From: Flavobacteriales bacterium
GTDB taxonomy: Bacteria > Bacteroidota > Bacteroidia > CAIKAF01
DNA length: 64,000 nucleotides
Reading direction: 5' to 3'
NCBI GenBank assembly: GCA_052437175.1
Contig: JBQVOK010000001.1
Span: 227,388 to 291,387, forward strand
Position numbers and translations under genes: made by a program. How positions within the stretch are numbered: the first letter of the stretch is position 1; each line of letters opens with the position of its first letter. The notes beneath the pieces were generated by a model. That model was not told where the DNA came from. It saw only the letters and a list, made by a program, of their open reading frames with translations, and made no database searches. This document shows, piece by piece, positions 9,911-18,663 of this stretch.

Positions 9911-10414
9911 CTATCCAGCGGAGCTTTGCCCGATGCCGTAGCGTATGGCCTCTTCCAGTACGTTGAGGTCTATATCTTTCAGCGCTTTAAAGGCTATGCA
10001 GTAGCCCGTAACCTTAGCCTTGCCTATGCGGGCAGCAAAATGCTGCGGCAGGTATTGTTTGTCCGCCAGGCCCATAATGTATACGGAAATGCCTTTGCTG
10101 TTGCCGCTGAGCCCGATCTGGTAAAACGCCTTCGCCGAACCGTCTTTATAGCGTATGCTAAACTGTCCGTAACCGATATTGGGATTGCTGACCACCTTGC
10201 CGCTCTCGTCTGTACCATCCAGGAACCACAGCCGGCCATTGGGCAGCAGTTGCAACATGAGTTGATGCAGGGCCAGCAGGTCTGTGCGTTTGGGTTCTTG
10301 CTGGCTGGCGAGGTAAGCGTTGATCTGTTCCTGTGTGTGCATGGAAGGGAAGTTAGGGATTTGTTTTGTTGGGGTGGGTCTAAACCTGTCGAATTCGAGG
10401 GGGTAAAAGGGCAA
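9911..10414 (-). CDS. DUF1801 (YdhG-like) domain protein
   Basis: 167 aa, GC-rich like the host genome. Sequence pattern is typical of DUF1801 family members. It is the last gene of a tightly packed minus-strand array. Confidence 0.45.
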   Translation of the reverse strand: MPFYPLEFDRFRPTPTKQIPNFPSMHTQEQINAYLASQQEPKRTDLLALHQLMLQLLPNGRLWFLDGTDESGKVVSNPNIGYGQFSIRYKDGSAKAFYQIGLSGNSKGISVYIMGLADKQYLPQHFAARIGKAKVTGYCIAFKALKDIDLNVLEEAIRYGIGQSSAG

Positions 10415-10419
10415 CTACA

Positions 10420-11034
10420 TTATTCCACAGGCTTCCATCTGTCTCTGTGCCAAACCTCAAAATAATTGTCCTGCTCTGCAATGTAATGTGTAGCAGGGCA
10501 GTCAGAATAATAGGTAGTAAGGGTAGTAGGAACAAGCGCATAATCAAATTGCCAGAGTTTTGTCTTGTCATTGCTTGTTATGCCTTCAAAGTCAGAGCCA
10601 TCCTGCATTTCATCTGTGAAGTAAATGCCTGTTTGTTTAAATTCTCGGTGCATGGCCAGGCTTATGGTTTTAACCAGGTCATACGTATGCGGGTAAAATG
10701 CACCGTCTGCTGCACGTCTTAACTGTTCTGCTTCAATGAGTAAAGAACATTCCATCCAGGTATCTGTAAATATGCTGTCAACGGCGGGCGTATAGATACA
10801 AACATGAGGGCGGATAGTAATTCCATAATATACAGACAGAAAGTAACCAAACTGAGCCAGGGATGAAAAAACAAAACCATTTTCTTCTTTCCATTCGGCC
10901 CTGGTAAAGGTTTCTGCAATTTCAGCGTTCCACAGATCAATATTTCTAAGAACTGAAGCAAAGCGCTCGGCTACGGATGAAAAATCAGAACCGTTGATCC
11001 GTTCATAGGTCTGTATATTACTTAGGTCTGGCAT
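10420..11034 (-). CDS. Hypothetical protein (AT-rich, part of the AAA-S8 cassette)
   Basis: 204-aa ORF, 14 bp downstream of the S8 peptidase stop and 5 bp upstream of the next gene. Markedly AT-rich compared with flanking DNA. Confidence 0.5.
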   Translation of the reverse strand: MPDLSNIQTYERINGSDFSSVAERFASVLRNIDLWNAEIAETFTRAEWKEENGFVFSSLAQFGYFLSVYYGITIRPHVCIYTPAVDSIFTDTWMECSLLIEAEQLRRAADGAFYPHTYDLVKTISLAMHREFKQTGIYFTDEMQDGSDFEGITSNDKTKLWQFDYALVPTTLTTYYSDCPATHYIAEQDNYFEVWHRDRWKPVE

Positions 11035-11048
11035 AGTTTAGCGATAGA

Positions 11049-13580
11049 CTAAAGAGAATTGAAAAGATCAGTAGTATTTGCTAAAACTTCTACCGGTACT
11101 TCAATCATATTTCTCACTGTTGTATACAATTCAACATCCTGTGCAGGTGTATCCAGTGAAATAATCAATGAATAACGTGTTTGTTGTTTTACTTTTCCCA
11201 AATGCTTTCGCTCACGCCACCAACCAATAACGGGATAAACCGCAATATGATTGCAAGTTGCCAATGCGGCTGCAGTTCCTTCCCAATAATCGGAATGTAT
11301 TGACCCAGTGCTACGGTTGTTAGTTCCTATTACCCAACGGTTACTGCCGGTATTTCCGTTTACTTCTTCGTTTTCTTCCCGTGCTGCAATATTTACACGC
11401 TTTCTGAAATCTTCTTCACTTTCGCCTACGTTGTTTACGTCAAATCGTAAACCGTGCGACTGATAGCGGTATTTATCTTTCCAACCGATTTCGCCTGCTC
11501 CGGGTTCTATGAAATAGGAAAGCGTAATTTTCAGTTTCACGGGTGTTTCGCTCATTTGCAGTAACAAATCACTTGCCCACGGCAAATTAAAAAAATGAAT
11601 TTCGTTGGTTTCGGTCGTACTACTTTCTTCTTTGAAATTGAACGGTTGAATGGTTTCTTGGGCTATATAGGTTAATGCACTTTCCTGACTATACAATGCG
11701 CGGTCTAAATCGGGAACTCCATAACCAAAGGTTCGCAATAAATTTCTATAACTTGCTCTGTTACCTTGCTGCACTTGCATTTGAGCAAGCATAGCCTGAT
11801 GCCAGTTGGCAGAATGAACCATTAGACCCCTAATTGTTTCTGGCCAGGCATTTGGATATTCATACGCAATTTTTGCAGCAAACCAAGATGCTTGTGCTGC
11901 CGCAGCACTTGTGGCGTTAATGGTGTCAAATGGTTTTATGTTGAATGACCTTGATGTGGATAGTAACTCCAAATCTTCGTGAGCTGTAACGCTGTTGTCG
12001 GGTGCTCTCAACAAGTTTCCGCCTTCAAAAACCACATCGGGTTTTACGGGCCACTTCCTTTGTTCCCAAGTTAAAGATGTGGAACTGTAAGGTGAAAGTT
12101 GTCCTTCATTGGCAACAGGTATATGATTTTGAAAATTCGGAGCAGTTATCTGAATTTTTTCGGTATATGCTCCCACAACCAGCGCATTCCATGCTTGGGC
12201 GGGATTTTGAACAGGTGAGGTTTCATTTGACTGTGGATAATTACGCCACATTTCCTCATCACGGATATTTCCTGCGGAAACAATTATCAAGCGATGATTC
12301 TCGCCTTCGCCATAAGCCAAATTGTCTATTGCACCTGACCAAGAAGAAGGTCTGCCTTTGTCGGTATCTTCTTGTGAAGTAACAGACATACAATACACCA
12401 AAACCATATTGGGGTTTTGAATTTCGGCTCTTGCAACGCCTTGTATTGTTATATAACCCCATAGTTCCCGTGGCGTTTGTGCCTGATTTGGACGTGGCAA
12501 GATTTTTACAGAACACAATTTATGCGTAATCGGAACAACATCTTGTGAAAGAAGCACTTGTTCCATTTGTCCGTAACCTGCAAGCCCCGCCATTAGTGTT
12601 CCGTGTCCTGCTCTCGGTTCATGGTCGTCTGTTCCCCAAGCATTGTCAACGGTTAGTGTATTTGCATCGTCAATCAGTGGTTTGAGTAATTGATGCCCAT
12701 TGTTTACACCCGAATCCAATAAGCAAACTTTCACATTGCTTTCAACCAGTTCAATTCTTTGCAACAAATTATCAGTCCATGCTTGTTGCTCAACGCTGCT
12801 TTCGTTTACCCAGAATCCTGCGGGCTCCTGTCCAGCTCTGAACTCTGCCAGCAAGTCGCTTTGCAGCATCAATTCGATTAACTGTTCACGATTTGCGTTT
12901 ACAAGTAAAACGGCTCTTTCAGGAAAAATAATGCTGTTGTGTTTGTATGCTATTCCAATGTTGTCAAGAGTTGCAAAAAACTGTGCAATTTGTTCCTGCT
13001 CTTGGTTGTCTTTTGTATTCACATTCAGCCATGCTTCGATCCATTTGGCGACATCTGTTGGAATAAGTTGAGGTTTGTCAGTCCATAATCCTTCCAATAG
13101 AGCTATACTTACCTCTTCAATACTATTAACTAACCGTGCGTTTTTAGGTTGTCCCTTTGCCGTTTCTTCGTCTTGATATTTTTGGATTTTGGAAATGAAA
13201 TGTCCTTCTTTCCCGTTGGGAACATATACGGTTGCTCTTATTTGTGCTTGGTTTTCACCAACAGGAATTTCTTTGATGTTAAGCAATCGAATGCCTTTTC
13301 TAAGGTCTTCCAGACTTTTGGTAATCAAATCGTGGTCTGCCGAACTGGTAAACTGGATATACGTTCCTTCTCTGGTAGCAATTTGTTCTGCATTGCGTTG
13401 TTGTTGCAATTGCTCTTTTTGCTGCCAGATTGTGGCAAACTGTTGTAGCAATTTTTGACTTTGGGTTGCCCTGTCACGGGCTGGAATACGTGGTTGCGCA
13501 CCCCTTGCTGAAGGTGATTTGTATTTTTCGCTCTCCACGTTTCCAATAAGAAAGAAGTGTTTGTGAGGGGTTGGTGACAT
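11049..13580 (-). CDS. S8-family (subtilisin-like) serine peptidase with roughly 280-aa N-terminal and 270-aa C-terminal extensions of unknown function
   Basis: Catalytic triad motifs are present in the canonical order: D (VCLLDSGV), H (HGTLMAGLAGYG) and S (NATSAAAAQASWFAAKIA). 843 aa, AT-rich codon usage. Confidence 0.8.
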   Translation of the reverse strand: MSPTPHKHFFLIGNVESEKYKSPSARGAQPRIPARDRATQSQKLLQQFATIWQQKEQLQQQRNAEQIATREGTYIQFTSSADHDLITKSLEDLRKGIRLLNIKEIPVGENQAQIRATVYVPNGKEGHFISKIQKYQDEETAKGQPKNARLVNSIEEVSIALLEGLWTDKPQLIPTDVAKWIEAWLNVNTKDNQEQEQIAQFFATLDNIGIAYKHNSIIFPERAVLLVNANREQLIELMLQSDLLAEFRAGQEPAGFWVNESSVEQQAWTDNLLQRIELVESNVKVCLLDSGVNNGHQLLKPLIDDANTLTVDNAWGTDDHEPRAGHGTLMAGLAGYGQMEQVLLSQDVVPITHKLCSVKILPRPNQAQTPRELWGYITIQGVARAEIQNPNMVLVYCMSVTSQEDTDKGRPSSWSGAIDNLAYGEGENHRLIIVSAGNIRDEEMWRNYPQSNETSPVQNPAQAWNALVVGAYTEKIQITAPNFQNHIPVANEGQLSPYSSTSLTWEQRKWPVKPDVVFEGGNLLRAPDNSVTAHEDLELLSTSRSFNIKPFDTINATSAAAAQASWFAAKIAYEYPNAWPETIRGLMVHSANWHQAMLAQMQVQQGNRASYRNLLRTFGYGVPDLDRALYSQESALTYIAQETIQPFNFKEESSTTETNEIHFFNLPWASDLLLQMSETPVKLKITLSYFIEPGAGEIGWKDKYRYQSHGLRFDVNNVGESEEDFRKRVNIAAREENEEVNGNTGSNRWVIGTNNRSTGSIHSDYWEGTAAALATCNHIAVYPVIGWWRERKHLGKVKQQTRYSLIISLDTPAQDVELYTTVRNMIEVPVEVLANTTDLFNSL

Positions 13581-13589
13581 AGTGATTAA

Positions 13590-14543
13590 TTATTTATGGT
13601 ATGCTGCGTTTCGGTCTTTAATGGCTTTTAGAATTAATTGATTATTCATTTGCTGCTTCTCATTTAGCACCGTTTCTTTAATGGCATCAATGCAGGCAAG
13701 CGATATTTCAGCATGACTCAAGCCATTAATATTGGGCAGGAGCTCTTCAAAATTTATTCTTTTTCTGAAACGTGCAAGTCTGTTTTTCAGCAGGGCACGT
13801 TTCTCCTCTATGCTTGGTAGCTGATATAAAATCACATCGTCAAACCTGCGAAAAAGAGCCTGGTCTAAAAGTTCTTTATTATTGGTAATGGCAATAATAA
13901 GGCTATCAGAATTATCCCGTTCAATAAATTGAAGAAAAGAGTTTAGGACTCTGCGCATTTCGCCTACGTCATTCTCTCTACTACGTTCACCGCCTATAGC
14001 ATCAAATTCATCAAAAAGATAAATACCCTGTTTCTGCTCAATTAGATCAAATATTTGACGAAGCTTAGCACTGGTTTCTCCCATGAATTTTGTTACCATT
14101 TTATCCATTAAAATGGTGTAAAGTGGTAAGTTCAGCTCGTTGGCAATAATCGAAGCAGTCAGGGTTTTTCCTGTTCCGGGGGGGCCTGAAAGTAAAATTT
14201 TCCTCCGATTTTCTAAGTCATGTTTGCGAAGTTTGTCTCGCTGTACAAACTCTGAAATAATCCGGTTGATTTTGGACCTTATGTCTTCAGAAGCAATTAT
14301 GTCTGAAAGATTGACAGCAGGTACATTTTCCTGTATTAATCCTTGTAAATCAGGAGTGAATATTTTTGTTTTATGTTTTGCTTCTTTTGCTTTGTCTATT
14401 ATGCTCTTAATATCATTTGCTACTAAGGTGTGTCCTAATTTAGCTTCATGGGCTGCAATTTGTAGGGCAACGGTAGTAAAGCGTTCCGGCTCATTATTAT
14501 AGTGAGCCTTAATTAATGAAATTATATAATCAGCTTTTGCCAT
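13590..14543 (-). CDS. Classic-clade AAA ATPase (single AAA module with a helical N-domain)
   Basis: Walker A (GPPGTGKT), Walker B (IYLFDEFD) and second region of homology (LDQALFRRFD). AT-rich. The stop lies 9 bp before the S8 peptidase start. Confidence 0.8.
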   Translation of the reverse strand: MAKADYIISLIKAHYNNEPERFTTVALQIAAHEAKLGHTLVANDIKSIIDKAKEAKHKTKIFTPDLQGLIQENVPAVNLSDIIASEDIRSKINRIISEFVQRDKLRKHDLENRRKILLSGPPGTGKTLTASIIANELNLPLYTILMDKMVTKFMGETSAKLRQIFDLIEQKQGIYLFDEFDAIGGERSRENDVGEMRRVLNSFLQFIERDNSDSLIIAITNNKELLDQALFRRFDDVILYQLPSIEEKRALLKNRLARFRKRINFEELLPNINGLSHAEISLACIDAIKETVLNEKQQMNNQLILKAIKDRNAAYHK

Positions 14544-14581
14544 TCAAATCTTGGGGGTTACACTATTCGTGTGCTATTTTA

Positions 14582-14998
14582 TTATCTATTGATTAACATC
14601 TCTAACCGTTGGAGCATCTCATCCTTTTCCTTCAACATGCGCTCATACAGTGCAATCTTTTCGTCATACAGGCTGAGGATTTTATTCTCATACAGCTCTA
14701 TGATCTTTTCCAATGGATTGAATTGGTTCTGAACAGAATTATCGTGAAAGTTGTTATTGATATTATGAATGGCCTGTTCCGCGTCAAAGTTTTGTATGGC
14801 TTCCATGGGCAGTTTCAATACAGTCGCTATCTGCTTTAGGATATTGTCCTCAATGGTTTCGCGCTGTTCCAGCAGGCTTATTTTCTGTTGATTCCAGTCC
14901 TCGCCCAGTTCCCAGGCAAGGGCGTCCTGCTTCATGCCCAGCATCTCGCGGAAGCGTTTAATATTGCGGCCCTGGTGTATTTTAGTGCTGTTACGCAT
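14582..14998 (-). CDS. XRE-family helix-turn-helix transcriptional regulator with coiled-coil C-terminus
   Basis: HTH motif IKRFREMLGMKQDALAWELG. Immediately upstream (38 bp) of the AAA ATPase on the same strand. Confidence 0.65.
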   Translation of the reverse strand: MRNSTKIHQGRNIKRFREMLGMKQDALAWELGEDWNQQKISLLEQRETIEDNILKQIATVLKLPMEAIQNFDAEQAIHNINNNFHDNSVQNQFNPLEKIIELYENKILSLYDEKIALYERMLKEKDEMLQRLEMLINR

Positions 14999-15210
14999 TA
15001 TGGTAAAATTTATGGTAAAGGTATGCTTTTTAAGGGTATTGCAATATAGGTGTTTTATGATAAAATACAGGTAAAAAACGGATGAACCTACTGGAAAATT
15101 TCAAGTAGGATATATGTATTTGAATGGGTAAAAACATAAAGAAAAGCGCCCTCCCGGCAAGGAAGAGCGCTTTCGTTACTCTATGCGCACTTTAGTAAAA
15201 TAGTTACCGG

Positions 15211-15714
15211 CTACCCGCCATCGGCTTCTGTGCCGGGTGTCTGGTCTTTTTTGCGGCGCAGGCCCGTGCTGGGGAACAGCCGTCGGATGTCTTCCATTTT
15301 AACGTCGTAACCCGGAGCTTCGGTGCCGGCCATGTAGCGGGTGTACTGGTAGTCGTTCAGGGCGGTCTTGTACACGTCGTGGTCGTGCAGGATCTTGCAG
15401 TCAGACGTCATGTCCAGCAGGTTGCGTATGCGGCTGAGCAGTTCTTCCAGGAAATTGCGGTCCGTGAAATCGGCCTCGAATTCGTTCCAGTCGATCTGCG
15501 GACTACTCAGCGCAGGCTGCTGCTGCCGGTAATCGCGTACCTTGTGTACTACCAGTTTGTTCTGTTCGTTGATGCTACCGTATTCCTGGCGTTCCGCGGG
15601 ACTCAGGTTACGGGTTTTGGGGGAGATGGCATTGTGCAGAGAGTCGAGCAGGGTGCGGATCGTGTTCATATCAGCCGGACTGAAATGCTGATCCGTTAAA
15701 TTGTTTATGGGCAT
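15211..15714 (-). CDS. Hypothetical protein
   Basis: 167-aa ORF with host-like GC. No recognisable motifs. Confidence 0.4.
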   Translation of the reverse strand: MPINNLTDQHFSPADMNTIRTLLDSLHNAISPKTRNLSPAERQEYGSINEQNKLVVHKVRDYRQQQPALSSPQIDWNEFEADFTDRNFLEELLSRIRNLLDMTSDCKILHDHDVYKTALNDYQYTRYMAGTEAPGYDVKMEDIRRLFPSTGLRRKKDQTPGTEADGG

Positions 15715-16536
15715 AGCAAAACTGTGTTATTTGGTTATTAAATTGAAAAAATGCTATGCACAGCGCTGTGACTATATCCTATACACGCAAAAAAAGACAG
15801 TTTCGTATATAGAGACCGGCCCTGTTTTCTAAAAAAATACTTAAATTTTAGTTTATATCTACTTAAATAGCTGTAGAACATAGGTTTAATGAGTTTGGAA
15901 ACGGTGTGCTTTTTCTGCGGAAATGGCCGTACATACGGCTACAAATGGGTATAAGCGGTAGGGTAAATGGGTGCAGCTGGTTGCGGAGATAGTGCAGCCG
16001 GCAGGCAGAATGGGTATAGCCGGTAGCTGAGGTAGTGCAGTTGCTAAGGGCAGGTGGTGTACCGGGTCCCCAACGTAGTACAGCCGCTTATGAGTCTGCT
16101 ACAGCCGGTATAAGAACCGGGTATAGACACTATACCCACTGGGTACAGCCAATTTAGATATTCCATACAGATAGTAGAGGGAATATTTGCAGGGGATGCA
16201 AAGGTTGTGTGCAGACAGGTTTCTGAATGGCTACAGGGGCTATGTGCTATGTATGTACACAGGTTAGGGTATGGTTATAGGGACTCCGGGGTTCCGGCAG
16301 GATACCTGCGAACAGGCATACAGGCAGTCCGTGCCGGAAAAGAACAGGAAATGCATCACCCTGTACCGGAGTTTAGTGCAGGCGCTGAAAGCTTTAGTAA
16401 GAGGTATATAATGTTCAGCCATACTATGAAATACCCGGCGGGGCGGCATAAGCGGTTTTGATGCGTGCTGCGTTTGAAATAAATTTGCAAAATAGTTTCC
16501 TTTTGTGAAACATTTTACCCGCTCAAACGTTATAGT

Positions 16537-16893
16537 ATGCAGGTACGATTGTTCTTGAGCGCTACCATTGAAGATTTTGTGCGCGACCATGCCAACGCGA
16601 AAGTACATTTCCGCAATTTTTTGACTGCCATCCGTTATGCAGACTGGCATACGCCGGCAGATATTCCCCGGAGCATACGGGCTAACCTGCTGGGTAACGG
16701 TTCCGACAGAGTGGTGTTCGATATCGGGGGCAACGGCCGTAATGCCTTCCGCATGATATGCAGTTATAAATTCGGTTGTCCCTACCGTAAAAGCAATACC
16801 GAAAAAGTGCAGCTGTACGTGAACCGGATCGGCACGCACGAAGTATACAATATGCTCAGCGAAGAACAAAAGCGTACGATTACCGACTATTAA
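16537..16893 (+). CDS. higB: Type II toxin-antitoxin toxin, HigB/RelE superfamily
   Basis: Residues ADWHTPADI...NRVVFDIGGNGRNAFRMICSYKFG...VQLYVNRIGTHEVYNML match the Bacteroidetes HigB family. The toxin sits upstream of the antitoxin, as in HigBA operons. Confidence 0.7.
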   Translation: MQVRLFLSATIEDFVRDHANAKVHFRNFLTAIRYADWHTPADIPRSIRANLLGNGSDRVVFDIGGNGRNAFRMICSYKFGCPYRKSNTEKVQLYVNRIGTHEVYNMLSEEQKRTITDY

Positions 16894-16904
16894 AACGCAT
16901 TGCC

Positions 16905-17312
16905 ATGAACAACATTAAAGTAATAAAAAGCAAACCGCAATACCTGGCCTACAACCGGCAGCTGCGCAAACTCTGGGAAGATCCTTCGCCGGAGAACGAG
17001 GACGAGCGCGAACTGCTGGAGGTACTTATCCGTGTGTGGGAGCAGGAGCATCTGCCGCATGAAGACAGCGACCCCATAGAGCTGCTGAAGTTCCTGATGG
17101 AAAACCACGAGCTGGACCGCAGCCGCATGATGGAAATTATGGAGGTGAACAAGGCCACGCTCAGCAAGATACTGAACTACAAAAAAGGGCTTTCCAAGAA
17201 TGTGATCCGGCGTCTTTCGGAACACTTCAACATTTCGCAGGAGGCCTTTAATCGTCCTTATCTATTGCAGCCGGATACCGATACCTCCGCTCCGAAAGCA
17301 GAAACTGTGTAA
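16905..17312 (+). CDS. higA: HigA-type HTH antitoxin
   Basis: HTH region NKATLSKILNYKKGLSKNVIRRLSEHFNISQEAF. Lies 11 bp after higB. Confidence 0.65.
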   Translation: MNNIKVIKSKPQYLAYNRQLRKLWEDPSPENEDERELLEVLIRVWEQEHLPHEDSDPIELLKFLMENHELDRSRMMEIMEVNKATLSKILNYKKGLSKNVIRRLSEHFNISQEAFNRPYLLQPDTDTSAPKAETV

Positions 17313-17314
17313 AT

Positions 17315-17680
17315 TTGTATACTATGCTCAACGCGATACATCCCAAACTACCGATGCGCAACAAAGCCGCCACGCGCACTTTTTACATAGACGGACTGGG
17401 TTTTGAACCAACCGGCCCGGTGGATTACGACGGCTACCTGATGCTGCGTAAAGACAACATCGAAATACACTTTTTTGAATTCCGGGAGCTGGACCCGCTG
17501 CAGAACTACGGACAGGTGTACATACGCACCGCGGAGATCGAAAAACTGTATCAGCAGGCCCTGGACAAAGGTCTGAACATGCCCGCCGCCGGTCAGCTGC
17601 AAACCAAACCCTGGGGACAAAAAGAGTTTTCCCTGCTGGATCCCGATCACAACCTGCTTACCTTCGGGCAGAGCCTGTAA
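17315..17680 (+). CDS. VOC-family (glyoxalase/bleomycin-resistance fold) protein
   Basis: 121 aa with a beta-alpha-beta-beta-beta module pattern (…IHFFEF…YIRTAEIEKLYQQA…) typical of glyoxalase-fold proteins. Confidence 0.5.
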   Translation: MYTMLNAIHPKLPMRNKAATRTFYIDGLGFEPTGPVDYDGYLMLRKDNIEIHFFEFRELDPLQNYGQVYIRTAEIEKLYQQALDKGLNMPAAGQLQTKPWGQKEFSLLDPDHNLLTFGQSL

Positions 17681-17814
17681 TGTTCACAGGCGATAGCGAA
17701 TGACCCATAGCCCGGTTCCTGGGAGCATGGGGTATTCTTTTTTGTTAAAATCAATCATTATTTATTGTTATTCGATAAATAATTGTTCCTTTGCAATCAT
17801 AACCTTAAAATGAA

Positions 17815-18363
17815 TTGACAATGGAAATCAAGATCAGTACCCGGCAGACGCTTCGCTTGCTGAACATTATTGCCTGGTATCTTTTTATCGGTATGTGCAT
17901 TGAAGCAGGCAGTTTTTTCTTTAATGCATTCTATACAATAGCTATAAACCCTGAGGCAGCCGGTTACTTTCGCCTGGCCGAGCTTTATGCATACGATCAG
18001 GGTTATTTCCTGGTGCAGGTTTTGCTGGTAAGCATACCCGCTGTGCTGAAGGCCCTGCTGTTCTTCCTGATCGTAAAAATACTGATGGGCAAGAAGCTGA
18101 ATGTGGCCCAGCCCTTCAACAGGGAAATGGGACGCTTTTTGCGGAATGCTTCCTGGATATCGCTGGGCATAGGTGCGTTCTCTTTCTGGGCAGGAACGTA
18201 CAGGCTATGGCTGCAGCAAAAAGGTATACCCATACCCGATGTGGAAAAGCTGAATATAGACGGCGCAAGTGTATGGCTGTTCATGGGCGTTATTCTCCTT
18301 ATCATTGCCCAGCTGTTTAAACGCGGCATTGAAATACAGTCCGAAAACGAATTAACGATATAA
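17815..18363 (+). CDS. DUF2975-family membrane protein
   Basis: Four predicted TM helices. It is directly followed by a small YozG-like XRE regulator, which is the conserved DUF2975-HTH gene pair. Confidence 0.55.
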   Translation: MTMEIKISTRQTLRLLNIIAWYLFIGMCIEAGSFFFNAFYTIAINPEAAGYFRLAELYAYDQGYFLVQVLLVSIPAVLKALLFFLIVKILMGKKLNVAQPFNREMGRFLRNASWISLGIGAFSFWAGTYRLWLQQKGIPIPDVEKLNIDGASVWLFMGVILLIIAQLFKRGIEIQSENELTI

Positions 18364-18367
18364 GCCT

Positions 18368-18577
18368 ATGCCGATCATTGTAAACCTGGACGTAATGATG
18401 GCCCGGCGTAAAATATCGCTGAATGAACTGTCAGAGAAAGTAGACATCACGCTCTCGAACCTTTCCATCCTGAAAACGGGCAAGGCCAAAGCCATACGCT
18501 TCAGCACGCTGGAGGCGATATGCAAAGCCCTGGACTGCCAGCCGGGGGATATACTGGAGTTTAGAAAGGATAGCTGA
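18368..18577 (+). CDS. XRE-family HTH transcriptional regulator (YozG-like)
   Basis: 69 aa. HTH motif ISLNELSEKVDITLSNLSILKTGKAKAIRFSTLEAICKAL. Confidence 0.7.
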   Translation: MPIIVNLDVMMARRKISLNELSEKVDITLSNLSILKTGKAKAIRFSTLEAICKALDCQPGDILEFRKDS

Positions 18578-18663
18578 AGGCTATGAGCTGGTAGCTATTA
18601 GCTTTTTTTCAGTACTTTTGCCCTGGCAAACCGCGCTGCTGCGCCTTGCCGGAAGGAGAAAAA

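Noticed and set aside
16207-16461. 84-aa ORF in the repeat-rich non-coding region
   Set aside because: Composition and codon usage are atypical and it overlaps the degenerate repeats. It is more likely non-coding.
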